NCBI GenBank assembly: GCA_964566185.1
Contig: CAZMHS010000002.1
Location: 39,228-103,227 of the forward strand
Reading direction: 5' to 3'
Origin: an uncultured Alphaproteobacteria bacterium
Lineage (GTDB): Bacteria > Pseudomonadota > Alphaproteobacteria > UBA3830 > CAYLKK01
DNA length: 64,000 nt
The position numbers and the translations under genes are program-made. The stretch's first letter is position 1; each line of letters starts with the position of its first letter. Below the pieces are notes generated by a model. The model was not told where the DNA came from. It saw nothing but the letters and a program-made list of their open reading frames with translations, and made no database searches. This document shows, piece by piece, positions 33,047-42,278 of the stretch.

Positions 33047-34911
33047 AAAAGTTGGTTGTAAAAACAATTACAGCAGCATTGCTGTTTCCGTTTCCAAGCG
33101 CGCGTCGATTTGTAAATAAGTTTCTCATACATAATTCAATTCGGCGTGCATTTTTGACGTGTGCTTACGTCATATTTAAACGAAAGTATAAATATTATTT
33201 ATCATTAACGATTTGTATAAAAAATGAAGGAGAGTACATAAAAGAATGGATAGAATATTATTTAATTCAAAAAGTAGACCATTTCTACGTATATAACAAT
33301 AACGGCACAGATAGCACAAAAGAAATCTTACAACCTTATATCGATGCAGGATTCGTCACATGGATCGATTATCCAGGAATTGGAAAGCAAATAGAAATAT
33401 ACAATGACGCTATAAATAAATTTAGTTATGAAACCAAGTGGATGGGATTCATCGATGCAGACGAATTTATAGTTCCCCAGAAGCACGAAGACCTAGCATC
33501 TTTAATGAAAGAATATGAGGAATATTCTCAGCTATACATATATTTGGTAATATATGGCAGTTCATTTCATAAAAAAAAGGAAGCAGGATTTGTCATCGAT
33601 CGCTTTACATGGCATGAAGATATAACGCAACCGTTAACCCCAAGTTTAGGAAGGTGCATTATAAATCCAAGAAAGTGTTATTTCATGCGAATTCATTGTG
33701 CACGCGTTTTTGGTAAAACAGTAAATGCGAATAAAGACATTTTAAAGGTTGATAGAGATACACCAGAAATAAAACACGTTGTCGATATAGTTAGAATAAA
33801 TCATTATACTGTAAAATCGTATGAAGAGTGGCAAGCCAAAAGAATAAGAGGATATCCCGTGTCTATAAACGGCATTTCACAGCAGGTTCCTAACGAAAAT
33901 TTTAATGTACATGACTTAAATCATGTCAATGAGCCAGAATTAATGAGGAAATACTCGTCAGCTATTCGTTCTAATATAGCGAACAGGTTTCGGACATTAG
34001 TGCATGTACACATTTATTACGAAGAAATGTGGGAACAACTGAAAAACTGTGTATTAAATATTTCATGTCCGTTTAAGCTTTATGTAACTCTAGTGAAGGA
34101 AAATAACGCTATCAGGCTTGATATAGAACGAACGTTTCCTGACGCAGAAATTATTGTTATCGAAAACAGAGGTTATGACATATGGCCATTTGTGTATGTG
34201 TTAAATAAAGTAAATTTAGATGAGTTTGAATACGTTATTAAGCTGCATACGAAGAGAAATATGCACAAATATGCCAGAATGAATGGGTATAAGTTCGGAG
34301 GTAGTCGCTGGCGCGATTATATGCTTTCTATAGTTTCTTCAAGAAATAATTTTGCAAAAACTTTGCGAGCTTTTGAGCATACCAAACAGCTTGGCTTAAT
34401 CGCTGATTTTCGATTGCAGCATTCCAAAAAAGATCCTGATAAAGTAGCAAAAACGAAAGTACTTAATCTAGCCAAAAAACTAGGTATGAATGTCCCTAAA
34501 TATACGTTCGTCGCAGGAAGTATGTTTATGTGCAGAGCGAAATTGCTGAAACCTCTACAAAATCTGAAACTTAGAGAAACGGATTTTGAAGAAGGTTGTA
34601 AAGGACATTCAGGAGGCCAAATGGCTCATGTGATAGAACGCTTTATCAGCTTATCTGTACTAAGTACTGGTTTCGAGATAAAAGATGTTATAACGCCAAA
34701 TCAAACCATGCTAAAGCTGTATAAATTTATTACAGATTTTATCTTTTTGGCTAGGGTAACGCTGTCAGGTCATTTTATCGTAACAATATTTGCAATTCCT
34801 GTATTCTATATGCCATTACATATCGTTCGTAATATGAAGCGAGCAATATATGGATTAGTTAAGAGAATTGTTATCAAAATATATCAGAGTTGCAGAATCT
34901 GGGGCAGCTAG
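33031..34911 (+). CDS. Two-domain glycosyltransferase: N-terminal GT-A (GT92/GT2-like) domain fused to a rhamnan-synthesis-F (RgpF)-like domain
   Basis: N-terminal half: KNEGEYIKEWIEYYLIQKVDHFYVYNNNGTD ... GFIDADEF (DxD). C-terminal half: HVHIYYEEMW ... ENRGYDIWPF ... HTKR, with a hydrophobic tail. The ATG at 33031 is preceded by AAGGAG. Confidence 0.75.
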   Translation: MRKKLKKLVVKTITAALLFPFPSARRFVNKFLIHNSIRRAFLTCAYVIFKRKYKYYLSLTICIKNEGEYIKEWIEYYLIQKVDHFYVYNNNGTDSTKEILQPYIDAGFVTWIDYPGIGKQIEIYNDAINKFSYETKWMGFIDADEFIVPQKHEDLASLMKEYEEYSQLYIYLVIYGSSFHKKKEAGFVIDRFTWHEDITQPLTPSLGRCIINPRKCYFMRIHCARVFGKTVNANKDILKVDRDTPEIKHVVDIVRINHYTVKSYEEWQAKRIRGYPVSINGISQQVPNENFNVHDLNHVNEPELMRKYSSAIRSNIANRFRTLVHVHIYYEEMWEQLKNCVLNISCPFKLYVTLVKENNAIRLDIERTFPDAEIIVIENRGYDIWPFVYVLNKVNLDEFEYVIKLHTKRNMHKYARMNGYKFGGSRWRDYMLSIVSSRNNFAKTLRAFEHTKQLGLIADFRLQHSKKDPDKVAKTKVLNLAKKLGMNVPKYTFVAGSMFMCRAKLLKPLQNLKLRETDFEEGCKGHSGGQMAHVIERFISLSVLSTGFEIKDVITPNQTMLKLYKFITDFIFLARVTLSGHFIVTIFAIPVFYMPLHIVRNMKRAIYGLVKRIVIKIYQSCRIWGS

Positions 34912-35144
34912 CCCAAATCCAGCAATAGTAAGGTCTATCAAGTCCTTTATTGTAGCATAACCGGCACCACCAAACCGAGAATTCCAATGTTTTTTTCTCT
35001 TGCCAGTAAATCTCGTGTAACGATATTAGTCTGTCTTTATAAACATCCCATCAAAAGTAGAGTCAGACACGAAATATTATTTCGCTTTTAAAATACAAAA
35101 AAATGTATCATAATTATCGGAGTATTTCATGAAATTGGTGTGTA

Positions 35145-36092
35145 ATGGTAGACGTTATTGAATGTGCGAAGTCAGTAATTAGCTCTGAAATTGCCGGCTT
35201 AACAGAATCTCTTAAATTAATTTCTGACGATTTCAAAAAAGCTGTTGATTTGCTATTTGCAACGAAAGGACACGTTATAGTCTCAGGAATGGGCAAACCT
35301 GGACATATAGGAAAAAAGATTTCAGCGACGTTAGCATCGACTGGTACTCCGTCGTTTTTTCTTCATCCAGCAGAAGCTAGTCATGGAGATTTAGGAGAGA
35401 TCTCGAAAGATGATGTGCTATTAGTTTTATCGCTATCTGGAGAAACGTCAGAATTGTTTCCTATGCTAGAATATAGTAAGCGTTTTGGAATTAAAATCAT
35501 CGGCGTTACGGCTAATTTAAATAGTACGCTAGCTAAGCTGTCGGATTTCGTCATTCAGATTCCGAAATTAAAAGAGGCTTGTCCGAATAATTTAGCACCG
35601 ACGACGTCATCTACGATTATGCTTGCGATCGGTGATGCGATTGCGGTATGTTTACTTGAGTTAAGGAATTTTTCAAAAGATGATTTTAAAGCTTTGCATC
35701 CAGGCGGATCTTTAGGAAAAAAACTCTTAAAAGTGTCAGATTTAATGCATTCGAACGTACCGATAGCTACAGAAAACGAAAAAATGTCTGATGTATTAAT
35801 TCAAATGACAAAAATGGCATTTGGTTGTATAGGCGTTATCGACAAGAGTAACAATTTAGTTGGTATTATTACTGATGGCGACCTAAGACGTCATATTGCT
35901 GATAATATTCTGGAAAAAACTGCAGTTCAAACCATGACGGTTAGTCCTATCACCGTTAGTGACGGACTATTTGCTGCAGAAGCGATAAAAATTATGAATG
36001 ATAAACAAATAACTAGCCTGTTCGTAACAAAAGATAGCAAACCTATTGGAATTTTGCATATTCATGATTGCCTACGCGCAGGAATTGCTTGA
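35145..36092 (+). CDS. kdsD: Arabinose-5-phosphate isomerase (KdsD/KpsF)
   Basis: 315 aa. SIS domain (VSGMGKPGHIGKK, LSLSGET) plus tandem CBS domains. Confidence 0.93.
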   Translation: MVDVIECAKSVISSEIAGLTESLKLISDDFKKAVDLLFATKGHVIVSGMGKPGHIGKKISATLASTGTPSFFLHPAEASHGDLGEISKDDVLLVLSLSGETSELFPMLEYSKRFGIKIIGVTANLNSTLAKLSDFVIQIPKLKEACPNNLAPTTSSTIMLAIGDAIAVCLLELRNFSKDDFKALHPGGSLGKKLLKVSDLMHSNVPIATENEKMSDVLIQMTKMAFGCIGVIDKSNNLVGIITDGDLRRHIADNILEKTAVQTMTVSPITVSDGLFAAEAIKIMNDKQITSLFVTKDSKPIGILHIHDCLRAGIA

Positions 36093-37114
36093 TGCATAAA
36101 AATAGTAAAGTAAAGTCGCTAGCAGTATGCCTGTTTGCATTGTCGTTTATGCTACTTGGTTATTTTTTTGCAAAGACACGAGATAGCGATGGTGTTCAAC
36201 AGACATGGGGTACCAAGGTAGCTGACAATGTTGCGGTATTTCGTAAAGTCGAATTTAATGTTGACGACGTAGAAGGGAGTAAAGCACGTATACTGGCAGA
36301 TAAGATTAATAAAGATCGAGATAACGTATTTTTAAGCAGACCAATTATTTATGCTAATAAAAATGGTGATAATATTAAGCTAACGTCTAAAACGATGTCA
36401 ACATCCGCCGGTAAGTGCGTTTTTGATTCAGACGTTCGTGTCGAATTATTCGATAAAATAAATATAAAAACGGATTTAGCACATGTAGATGTTAAAGCTA
36501 AAAAAGCAGAGGGAAAAAGTAAAATAAATGTAAAATATAGAGACATTTCTATAAATGCCGATTCATATTTTATAGATCTTAATTCGAATTTAATAAAATT
36601 TAAGAAGAATGTTATTTTACGCCGAATAAACGGAGTATTACACTGTGATGTAGCTAAGTGCTATCTCAGCAAAGATAGCGGACAATACGACCTCAAAAAA
36701 TCTATTCTTGATGGAGCAATTTCATATCTTTCTCCAACTCACTGTATCTCCACAGATGGACGAATAGAAATTGATGAAAGCAACGCGGATTTTCATGCAT
36801 TTACGACAGTCACCGGAGTTACGCAAAAAAAACGATATAAACTAGAATCGAATAAAATGAAAATTAGCTTTCGTAAGAATGAAATACAATGTATAAGGTG
36901 CAATAATGGCTTTAAGTTTTACATTGCAAATAAACAAATCAGCGGAAATAGCTGCGTATATAAGAACAATATTGTTAATGTCACAGGAAATGTTGTTATA
37001 AAAACAGAAAATGGTGTTGCGCGTGGAGATAAAGCAAGTTACAATGTCTCCACGGGGAAATTAAATATGCAGAATATTGGCGGAGTGTTGTTTAGAAATG
37101 GACGCAGTGCATAA
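36092..37114 (+). CDS. LptC-like membrane-anchored protein with an extra OstA/LptA-like C-terminal half (possible LptC-LptA fusion)
   Basis: About 340 aa from ATG 36092 (TGATG overlap with kdsD). N-terminal TM anchor (LAVCLFALSFMLLGYFF) followed by about 310 residues of beta-rich repeats. It occupies the lptC-lptA slot between kdsD and lptB. No second signal peptide or stop divides it. Confidence 0.55.
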   Translation: MHKNSKVKSLAVCLFALSFMLLGYFFAKTRDSDGVQQTWGTKVADNVAVFRKVEFNVDDVEGSKARILADKINKDRDNVFLSRPIIYANKNGDNIKLTSKTMSTSAGKCVFDSDVRVELFDKINIKTDLAHVDVKAKKAEGKSKINVKYRDISINADSYFIDLNSNLIKFKKNVILRRINGVLHCDVAKCYLSKDSGQYDLKKSILDGAISYLSPTHCISTDGRIEIDESNADFHAFTTVTGVTQKKRYKLESNKMKISFRKNEIQCIRCNNGFKFYIANKQISGNSCVYKNNIVNVTGNVVIKTENGVARGDKASYNVSTGKLNMQNIGGVLFRNGRSA

Positions 37115-37823
37115 ATTTGAATGTATAAACGTATGTAAAAGTGTATCAGGACGTCAAATTCTTCATAACATTGACATGCATGTATCTCGTGGAGAGATTA
37201 TCGCATTATTAGGCTCGAATGGAGCAGGGAAAACTACATGCTTTTCTATTTTAAGTGGTTTAATAAAACCAGACTCCGGAGAAATAAAACTCGATGGGGT
37301 AGACGTATCAGCGTTACCGATGTATCGTAGAGCTAGATTAGGTGTAGGATACCTCCCTCAAGAAGCGTCAACATTTCGTGGATTAACCGTTTTCGAAAAT
37401 CTCATTGTCGTATTAGAGCATAAAAAGTGCAAGAATAAAGAAGAAGTTGCAGAACTGTTATTAAACGATTTTGCACTTTCACATGTGAGAAACACTAAAT
37501 CTGTTCTTTTGTCTGGAGGAGAGCGTAGAAAACTTGAAATAGCAAGAGCATTAGCAAATGATCCAAAGTACATTTTACTTGACGAACCGTTTGCTGGTGT
37601 CGATCCAATATCCATTACAGATATGAAACAAACAATTGTTGGTTTAAGAAAACGAAATATCGGTGTTATTATTACAGACCACAATGTTAGAGATACTTTA
37701 CCGATTGTTGATAGAGCTTATATCATTGATGGTGGAACTATAATCGCAGTAGGCAACATGAATGAAATCATTAAAAATGATAACGTAGTTGCCGCATATC
37801 TTGGAGACGTATCGTTTACGTGA
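37098..37823 (+). CDS. lptB: LPS export ABC transporter ATPase LptB
   Basis: Walker A GSNGAGKTT, signature LSGGERRKLE, Walker B ILLDEPF. I prefer the ATG at 37098. The ORF track starts at 37077. Confidence 0.93.
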   Translation: MDAVHKFECINVCKSVSGRQILHNIDMHVSRGEIIALLGSNGAGKTTCFSILSGLIKPDSGEIKLDGVDVSALPMYRRARLGVGYLPQEASTFRGLTVFENLIVVLEHKKCKNKEEVAELLLNDFALSHVRNTKSVLLSGGERRKLEIARALANDPKYILLDEPFAGVDPISITDMKQTIVGLRKRNIGVIITDHNVRDTLPIVDRAYIIDGGTIIAVGNMNEIIKNDNVVAAYLGDVSFT

Positions 37824-37826
37824 AAA

Positions 37827-37844
37827 TACGGTCCATCGACCGTA
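37827..37844. terminator. Short hairpin between convergent lptB and the Cys-rich gene
   Basis: TACGGTC (37827..37833) / GACCGTA (37838..37844) with a 4-nt loop. It lies in the 27-nt gap between two convergent stops. Confidence 0.4.
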
Positions 37845-37850
37845 CTTTCG

Positions 37851-38807
37851 TCATGGCTTCTGCGGCACTTTAATGTTGTCTATGGCTATTATATTATCAA
37901 ATCCATCTATATTTCCTATACAGTAGAACACATGAAGGGCACAACTATTTCCTATACACTCATACATATGAGGAACGTACAAATCCAAGAATGGGACAAG
38001 AATATAATCCACATAATCAGAGCACATGTTTAAAAAGCGGCACCAAAATTGGTTTTCCATACACGCCTTAACTCCGGCCTCAAAAATAGAATCACGCTTA
38101 TCACAACCACACGAAACAACCTCCCCATAAACTTTTTTGCGTTCACTTACACGCGAACTTTCCATAGCGACGCACGTATTTTTAATATTATCTTTCAAAT
38201 CCACCAAATCCTTACACCATGACAAAACCGGTGACCTACCATTCGCACTCGCACAATCTAATGCTTTTATTTTTTCAAAATACCGCCCCAATATCTCCGA
38301 GAGGGAATCTGGTACACTTGGCCTACAATTCACCCCCTCACATACATCCCACATCATACGTATATCAACTATATCCGCCTGTATTTTTTTGGCAATCCCC
38401 GCAGAACGCTCCCGAACTGCCTTAAGCATCCTATGAGATTTAGAGTACCTTGAATCATCATCAAGATCATAACTTACCACACGAGTCGCACTATCCCGAA
38501 TCCCATCCTTTTCAAACCCCGCAAAATTCATCTTCATACATTCACCAACAGTATCTTTCATTTCTTTTCTAAGATCACTAATCCCAACATGACCAGTAAG
38601 AAATTCACTCATACCGTCTTTAGACTCAACGTCCTTCTCAATATTGCCCACCGTTGTCTCAACAAACTGTGGTGACAAAAGTTGTCCGGATACAAAGTTA
38701 TACTCTGGAGAGTTCCACATACCGCAAGCGATATTTGCATTTCCTGCACTTGCTAAAGCAATACCAATAGCAACATATTTTACTATATTCATAAAAAAAC
38801 CTTTCAT
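37851..38807 (-). CDS. Hypothetical Cys-rich exported protein
   Basis: 318 aa with a signal-like N-terminus (MNIVKYVAIGIALASAGNA) and more than 15 Cys residues. I recognise no family. It looks locally less AT-rich than its neighbours. Confidence 0.55.
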   Translation of the reverse strand: MKGFFMNIVKYVAIGIALASAGNANIACGMWNSPEYNFVSGQLLSPQFVETTVGNIEKDVESKDGMSEFLTGHVGISDLRKEMKDTVGECMKMNFAGFEKDGIRDSATRVVSYDLDDDSRYSKSHRMLKAVRERSAGIAKKIQADIVDIRMMWDVCEGVNCRPSVPDSLSEILGRYFEKIKALDCASANGRSPVLSWCKDLVDLKDNIKNTCVAMESSRVSERKKVYGEVVSCGCDKRDSIFEAGVKACMENQFWCRFLNMCSDYVDYILVPFLDLYVPHMYECIGNSCALHVFYCIGNIDGFDNIIAIDNIKVPQKP

Positions 38808-38942
38808 TATTACGCAATATATGTAATATATTACCTAACCATTTGTCAAGCTTATTTTTACAGAAAAATATACTTTCTTAGAAATATAGATATACGTACC
38901 ACTTAGTGATACAATTGTACGAGAGTTGTTGTAAGAGTTGTT

Positions 38943-41015
38943 ATGTTATCATCAGATGAAATCATTAATTTGTTGAGTTTATATCAGGTGAACGTAAATA
39001 AATCGCTAGTAAAAAAGGCGTATATGTTCGCTATGGAAGCACACGGAGAACAAAAACGAGTATCTGGGATACCGTATCTATCTCATTCTACAGAAGTCGC
39101 AGGAATCCTCCTAGGTATGCATTTTGATGAAAATATGATAATTGCCGCCCTGCTTCATGACGTAGTAGAAGACACGCGAGTTACGCTAGAATGCATAAAA
39201 AATGAGTTCGGAGAATCTATAGCTTCGTTAGTAAGTGGTGTTACAAAATTAAATAACGTAGAATATAGCTCAGGACATGATAAGCAAGCTGAAAATTTTC
39301 AAAAGTTTATTTTATCAGTTTCTGGCGACATACGCGTCCTAATTATTAAATTAGCTGATAGATTACATAACATACGCACATTGCATGCAATAACCAATAA
39401 AGAAAAGCGTAAGAGAATCGCTATCGAGACACTCGATATATATGGCCCACTTGCAGAAAAAATCGGCATGCAAAATATTAAAGAAGAACTAGATGATAGA
39501 GCTTTTTATTCACTGTGTCCAAATGAGTATAGCACAATTGTAGCTAAACTTGAGCAAATTCGCAACGAAGATAAAAATTTCGTCAATAATTTCATCCAAC
39601 AGCTAACAAAAAAATTAAGTGAACATGGCATAAAGTCGTCAATATCAGGTAGAGAAAAACGTCCATATTCAATATGGAGAAAACTAAGCGCACACAATAT
39701 TACTCTGGAGCAAATTAATGATATTGTAGCCTTTCGAGTATTAGTTGATACTGTGGAAGAATGTTATAGAGTTTTAGGAGTAGTGCATGTTACGTTTCAT
39801 ATTTTACCTGGACGCTTTAAAGATTATATCAGTATTCCTAAACTTAATAATTATAGATCATTACACACAACAATTTTAGGTCCATCAAAGCAAACGTTAG
39901 AAGTTCAAATAAGAACGTATGAAATGCATAAAGAAGCTGAAAATGGTATCGCAGCGCATTGGTCATACAAAAGTGGAGATGTAGTATGCACTGACACAAG
40001 TAAATTCACAGCATTAAGGAATCTTATTGATACTTTAAAAGATACTGCGCATACTGCAGACGAAATACACAAGATAGAAACATATATTGATTGTATATAT
40101 TGCTTTACGCCGAAAGGAATGGTAGTCGCATTACCAATCGGTGCAACATGTGTTGACTTTGCATACGCTATTCATACATTGGTTGGGAACAAATGCATCG
40201 GTGCAAAAGTAAATGGCCGTGTTATGCCTTTAAATACCAAGCTAGCGAATGGTGATAAGGTTGAAATTCTTACTTCACCGCGTCAAAAACCAAATGTTTT
40301 GTGGTATGAATTTGTCGCGACAGGCAAAGCTAAAACAGGCATAAGAAAATTCATAAAAGAACAACGAAGTACCGAATTTGTAAAATTAGGAAGATCAATT
40401 GTTCAGAGGATTTTTGGAATGCTTGGACTTACATTCCGAGAAAACAATATTCCGTTAAGTAAATTTAATTGTGACTCTACACGTTTGTTTTATAAAAAAG
40501 TCGCATCAATGGATATCAATTTAGACGAATTGAAAAAAGCACTTTCGAAAATACCAGCAGACGTGCAGCCTTACGAAAAAGATGTTTGCATATTTGGCTT
40601 ATCACAAGGAGTGTCAATTCATATTGCTAATTGTTGTTCTCCACATACTGGAGATCACGTAGTTGGAGAATTAGCACGAAATAAAGGTTTGTTAATTCAT
40701 TCAATTGAATGTAAAAACATTGTCGATCGTAGTTCAGTAATAAATTTACGTTGGGAAATAGACGAACAATTTTGTAACAAATCGTTTATAGCTAGAATAA
40801 AAATCGTGCTTCTAAATAAGCCTGGAAGTCTGTCTCAAGTGTTAAGCGCTATAAGTAACCTCGGAGCTGATGTTACGAATTTGATATTTGAAACTCGTTC
40901 TCACGATTTTTACACTATTGAAATTAATGTAGAAGTAGACGATATAGTTCAGTTAAAAGAATTACAGTCATCTATTAGCACTAATCCACGTGTACGCAGT
41001 ATACGACGAATATAA
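38943..41015 (+). CDS. spoT: Bifunctional (p)ppGpp synthetase/hydrolase (RelA/SpoT homolog)
   Basis: 690 aa. HD hydrolase motif (LLHDVVEDT), a RelA/SpoT synthetase region, and TGS and ACT-like C-terminal domains. Confidence 0.93.
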   Translation: MLSSDEIINLLSLYQVNVNKSLVKKAYMFAMEAHGEQKRVSGIPYLSHSTEVAGILLGMHFDENMIIAALLHDVVEDTRVTLECIKNEFGESIASLVSGVTKLNNVEYSSGHDKQAENFQKFILSVSGDIRVLIIKLADRLHNIRTLHAITNKEKRKRIAIETLDIYGPLAEKIGMQNIKEELDDRAFYSLCPNEYSTIVAKLEQIRNEDKNFVNNFIQQLTKKLSEHGIKSSISGREKRPYSIWRKLSAHNITLEQINDIVAFRVLVDTVEECYRVLGVVHVTFHILPGRFKDYISIPKLNNYRSLHTTILGPSKQTLEVQIRTYEMHKEAENGIAAHWSYKSGDVVCTDTSKFTALRNLIDTLKDTAHTADEIHKIETYIDCIYCFTPKGMVVALPIGATCVDFAYAIHTLVGNKCIGAKVNGRVMPLNTKLANGDKVEILTSPRQKPNVLWYEFVATGKAKTGIRKFIKEQRSTEFVKLGRSIVQRIFGMLGLTFRENNIPLSKFNCDSTRLFYKKVASMDINLDELKKALSKIPADVQPYEKDVCIFGLSQGVSIHIANCCSPHTGDHVVGELARNKGLLIHSIECKNIVDRSSVINLRWEIDEQFCNKSFIARIKIVLLNKPGSLSQVLSAISNLGADVTNLIFETRSHDFYTIEINVEVDDIVQLKELQSSISTNPRVRSIRRI

Positions 41016-41307
41016 TATTATAAAAAAATGTCGAGAAATATCTAAAATTTTATATATTCAGGCTCGTTTAGTAGGGTAAACTGGGCTGGTTGTATACAAT
41101 TTTAACTAATTTTTTATCGCATTTTCAGGCGTTACGTCGATTTTTGGCGCTATTTTCGTAAAAATTTCTTTACAATGTAATTTTTAGGTGAGAAAATGTC
41201 TTTAGATTTATCATAGGAAATTGAATATTAGAGAGCGTGAGGCGTTGTTCTATCGGCTGTTTCGCGTTGAGATTTAGATAAATCGATTTTTTTTATAGGA
41301 GCCTAAA

Positions 41308-42228
41308 ATGAAGAAACTTTTACTAGGGATAGTTATATCTAATCAAACATCTTACGGTTGTGTTAGCTGCGACGTGTATTTTCGTAATGATATCTCACGA
41401 ACGCAGACACCGACTGTCGAGTATAGTTCGATTTCGTACGACAAATGCGCGTATAAGTGGTATTACGAAACATTTACTAAAAACATTTTCGAAAATACTT
41501 TAGACGGAGAAAGTCGTCAGGCATTTGAAGAAGATTTTATGAAAATAACGCAATCGAAGGTCGGAAGAACGCTGCTACATAGAATTTTCTGTGAGATTCG
41601 ACGACGAAAAAGCGATGATAAAAACGCGAAATTACGCATAATTTCAGACGATATGGGGTTTGTGCAAGAAGATAAAAATGGCTACGCGACACTGAGATAT
41701 TCAACCAAAAAGATTAATGCATGTACGATAGATTTATCGAAAAAGCATTGGTATTCGAGGCATCTTAAGCTTTCTCCGGATATAGAAGATAACCGGCATA
41801 TTCATCTGTTTCACGAACTCTGCCACTGGTTTCATTTTCTGCGAAATCCAGAGCGCAAACATAAAGAAACAAATTTTCATGGCAATATATTAGACTATCC
41901 GTTAGGAAGGTATTATTTTAAAGGTGCAAAGCCTAAGTGGATGGGAAAAAGCGGAAATATAACGCATGAAACATGTTTATGGGTGCATGATTATGGCGTT
42001 GGAATAGAGGAAGTGCGTACTATATTTGGAGCACCAAATGATCAAAGCTATAGAGAAGGAGATGACTTATGTGAGAATTTGTATAGATATGATGTTGGAG
42101 CTCCGTTGTGGTATGGGCATGTAGCTTATGATAGTTATCATATACAACTTTTTAAATATCGTGCTGATATCGACGTCATAGATCGAGCAATAACAATATG
42201 CAAACAGAATTATAAGCGTTATAAATAA
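41308..42228 (+). CDS. Hypothetical protein with HExxH zinc-metalloprotease motif
   Basis: 306 aa. The motif is HIHLFHELCHWFHFL (HELCH followed by xxH). Downstream acidic motifs are GIEEVRTIFG and LCENLYRYDVGAPL. It has a short hydrophobic N-terminus and sits behind a 290-nt upstream spacer. Confidence 0.55.
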   Translation: MKKLLLGIVISNQTSYGCVSCDVYFRNDISRTQTPTVEYSSISYDKCAYKWYYETFTKNIFENTLDGESRQAFEEDFMKITQSKVGRTLLHRIFCEIRRRKSDDKNAKLRIISDDMGFVQEDKNGYATLRYSTKKINACTIDLSKKHWYSRHLKLSPDIEDNRHIHLFHELCHWFHFLRNPERKHKETNFHGNILDYPLGRYYFKGAKPKWMGKSGNITHETCLWVHDYGVGIEEVRTIFGAPNDQSYREGDDLCENLYRYDVGAPLWYGHVAYDSYHIQLFKYRADIDVIDRAITICKQNYKRYK

Positions 42229-42278
42229 TATATTAAATGTATTACAATATACTATCATCATATCTTTTTTTAGGAGAT

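Noticed and set aside
34912-35144. A non-coding stretch after the glycosyltransferase gene. Its minus strand reads ...RYTRFTGKRKKHWNSRFGGAGYATIKDLIDLTIAGFG..., a possible gene remnant.
   Set aside because: It has no start codon, an in-frame stop lies immediately upstream, the frame runs antisense into the 3' end of the transferase gene, and I recognise no motif.
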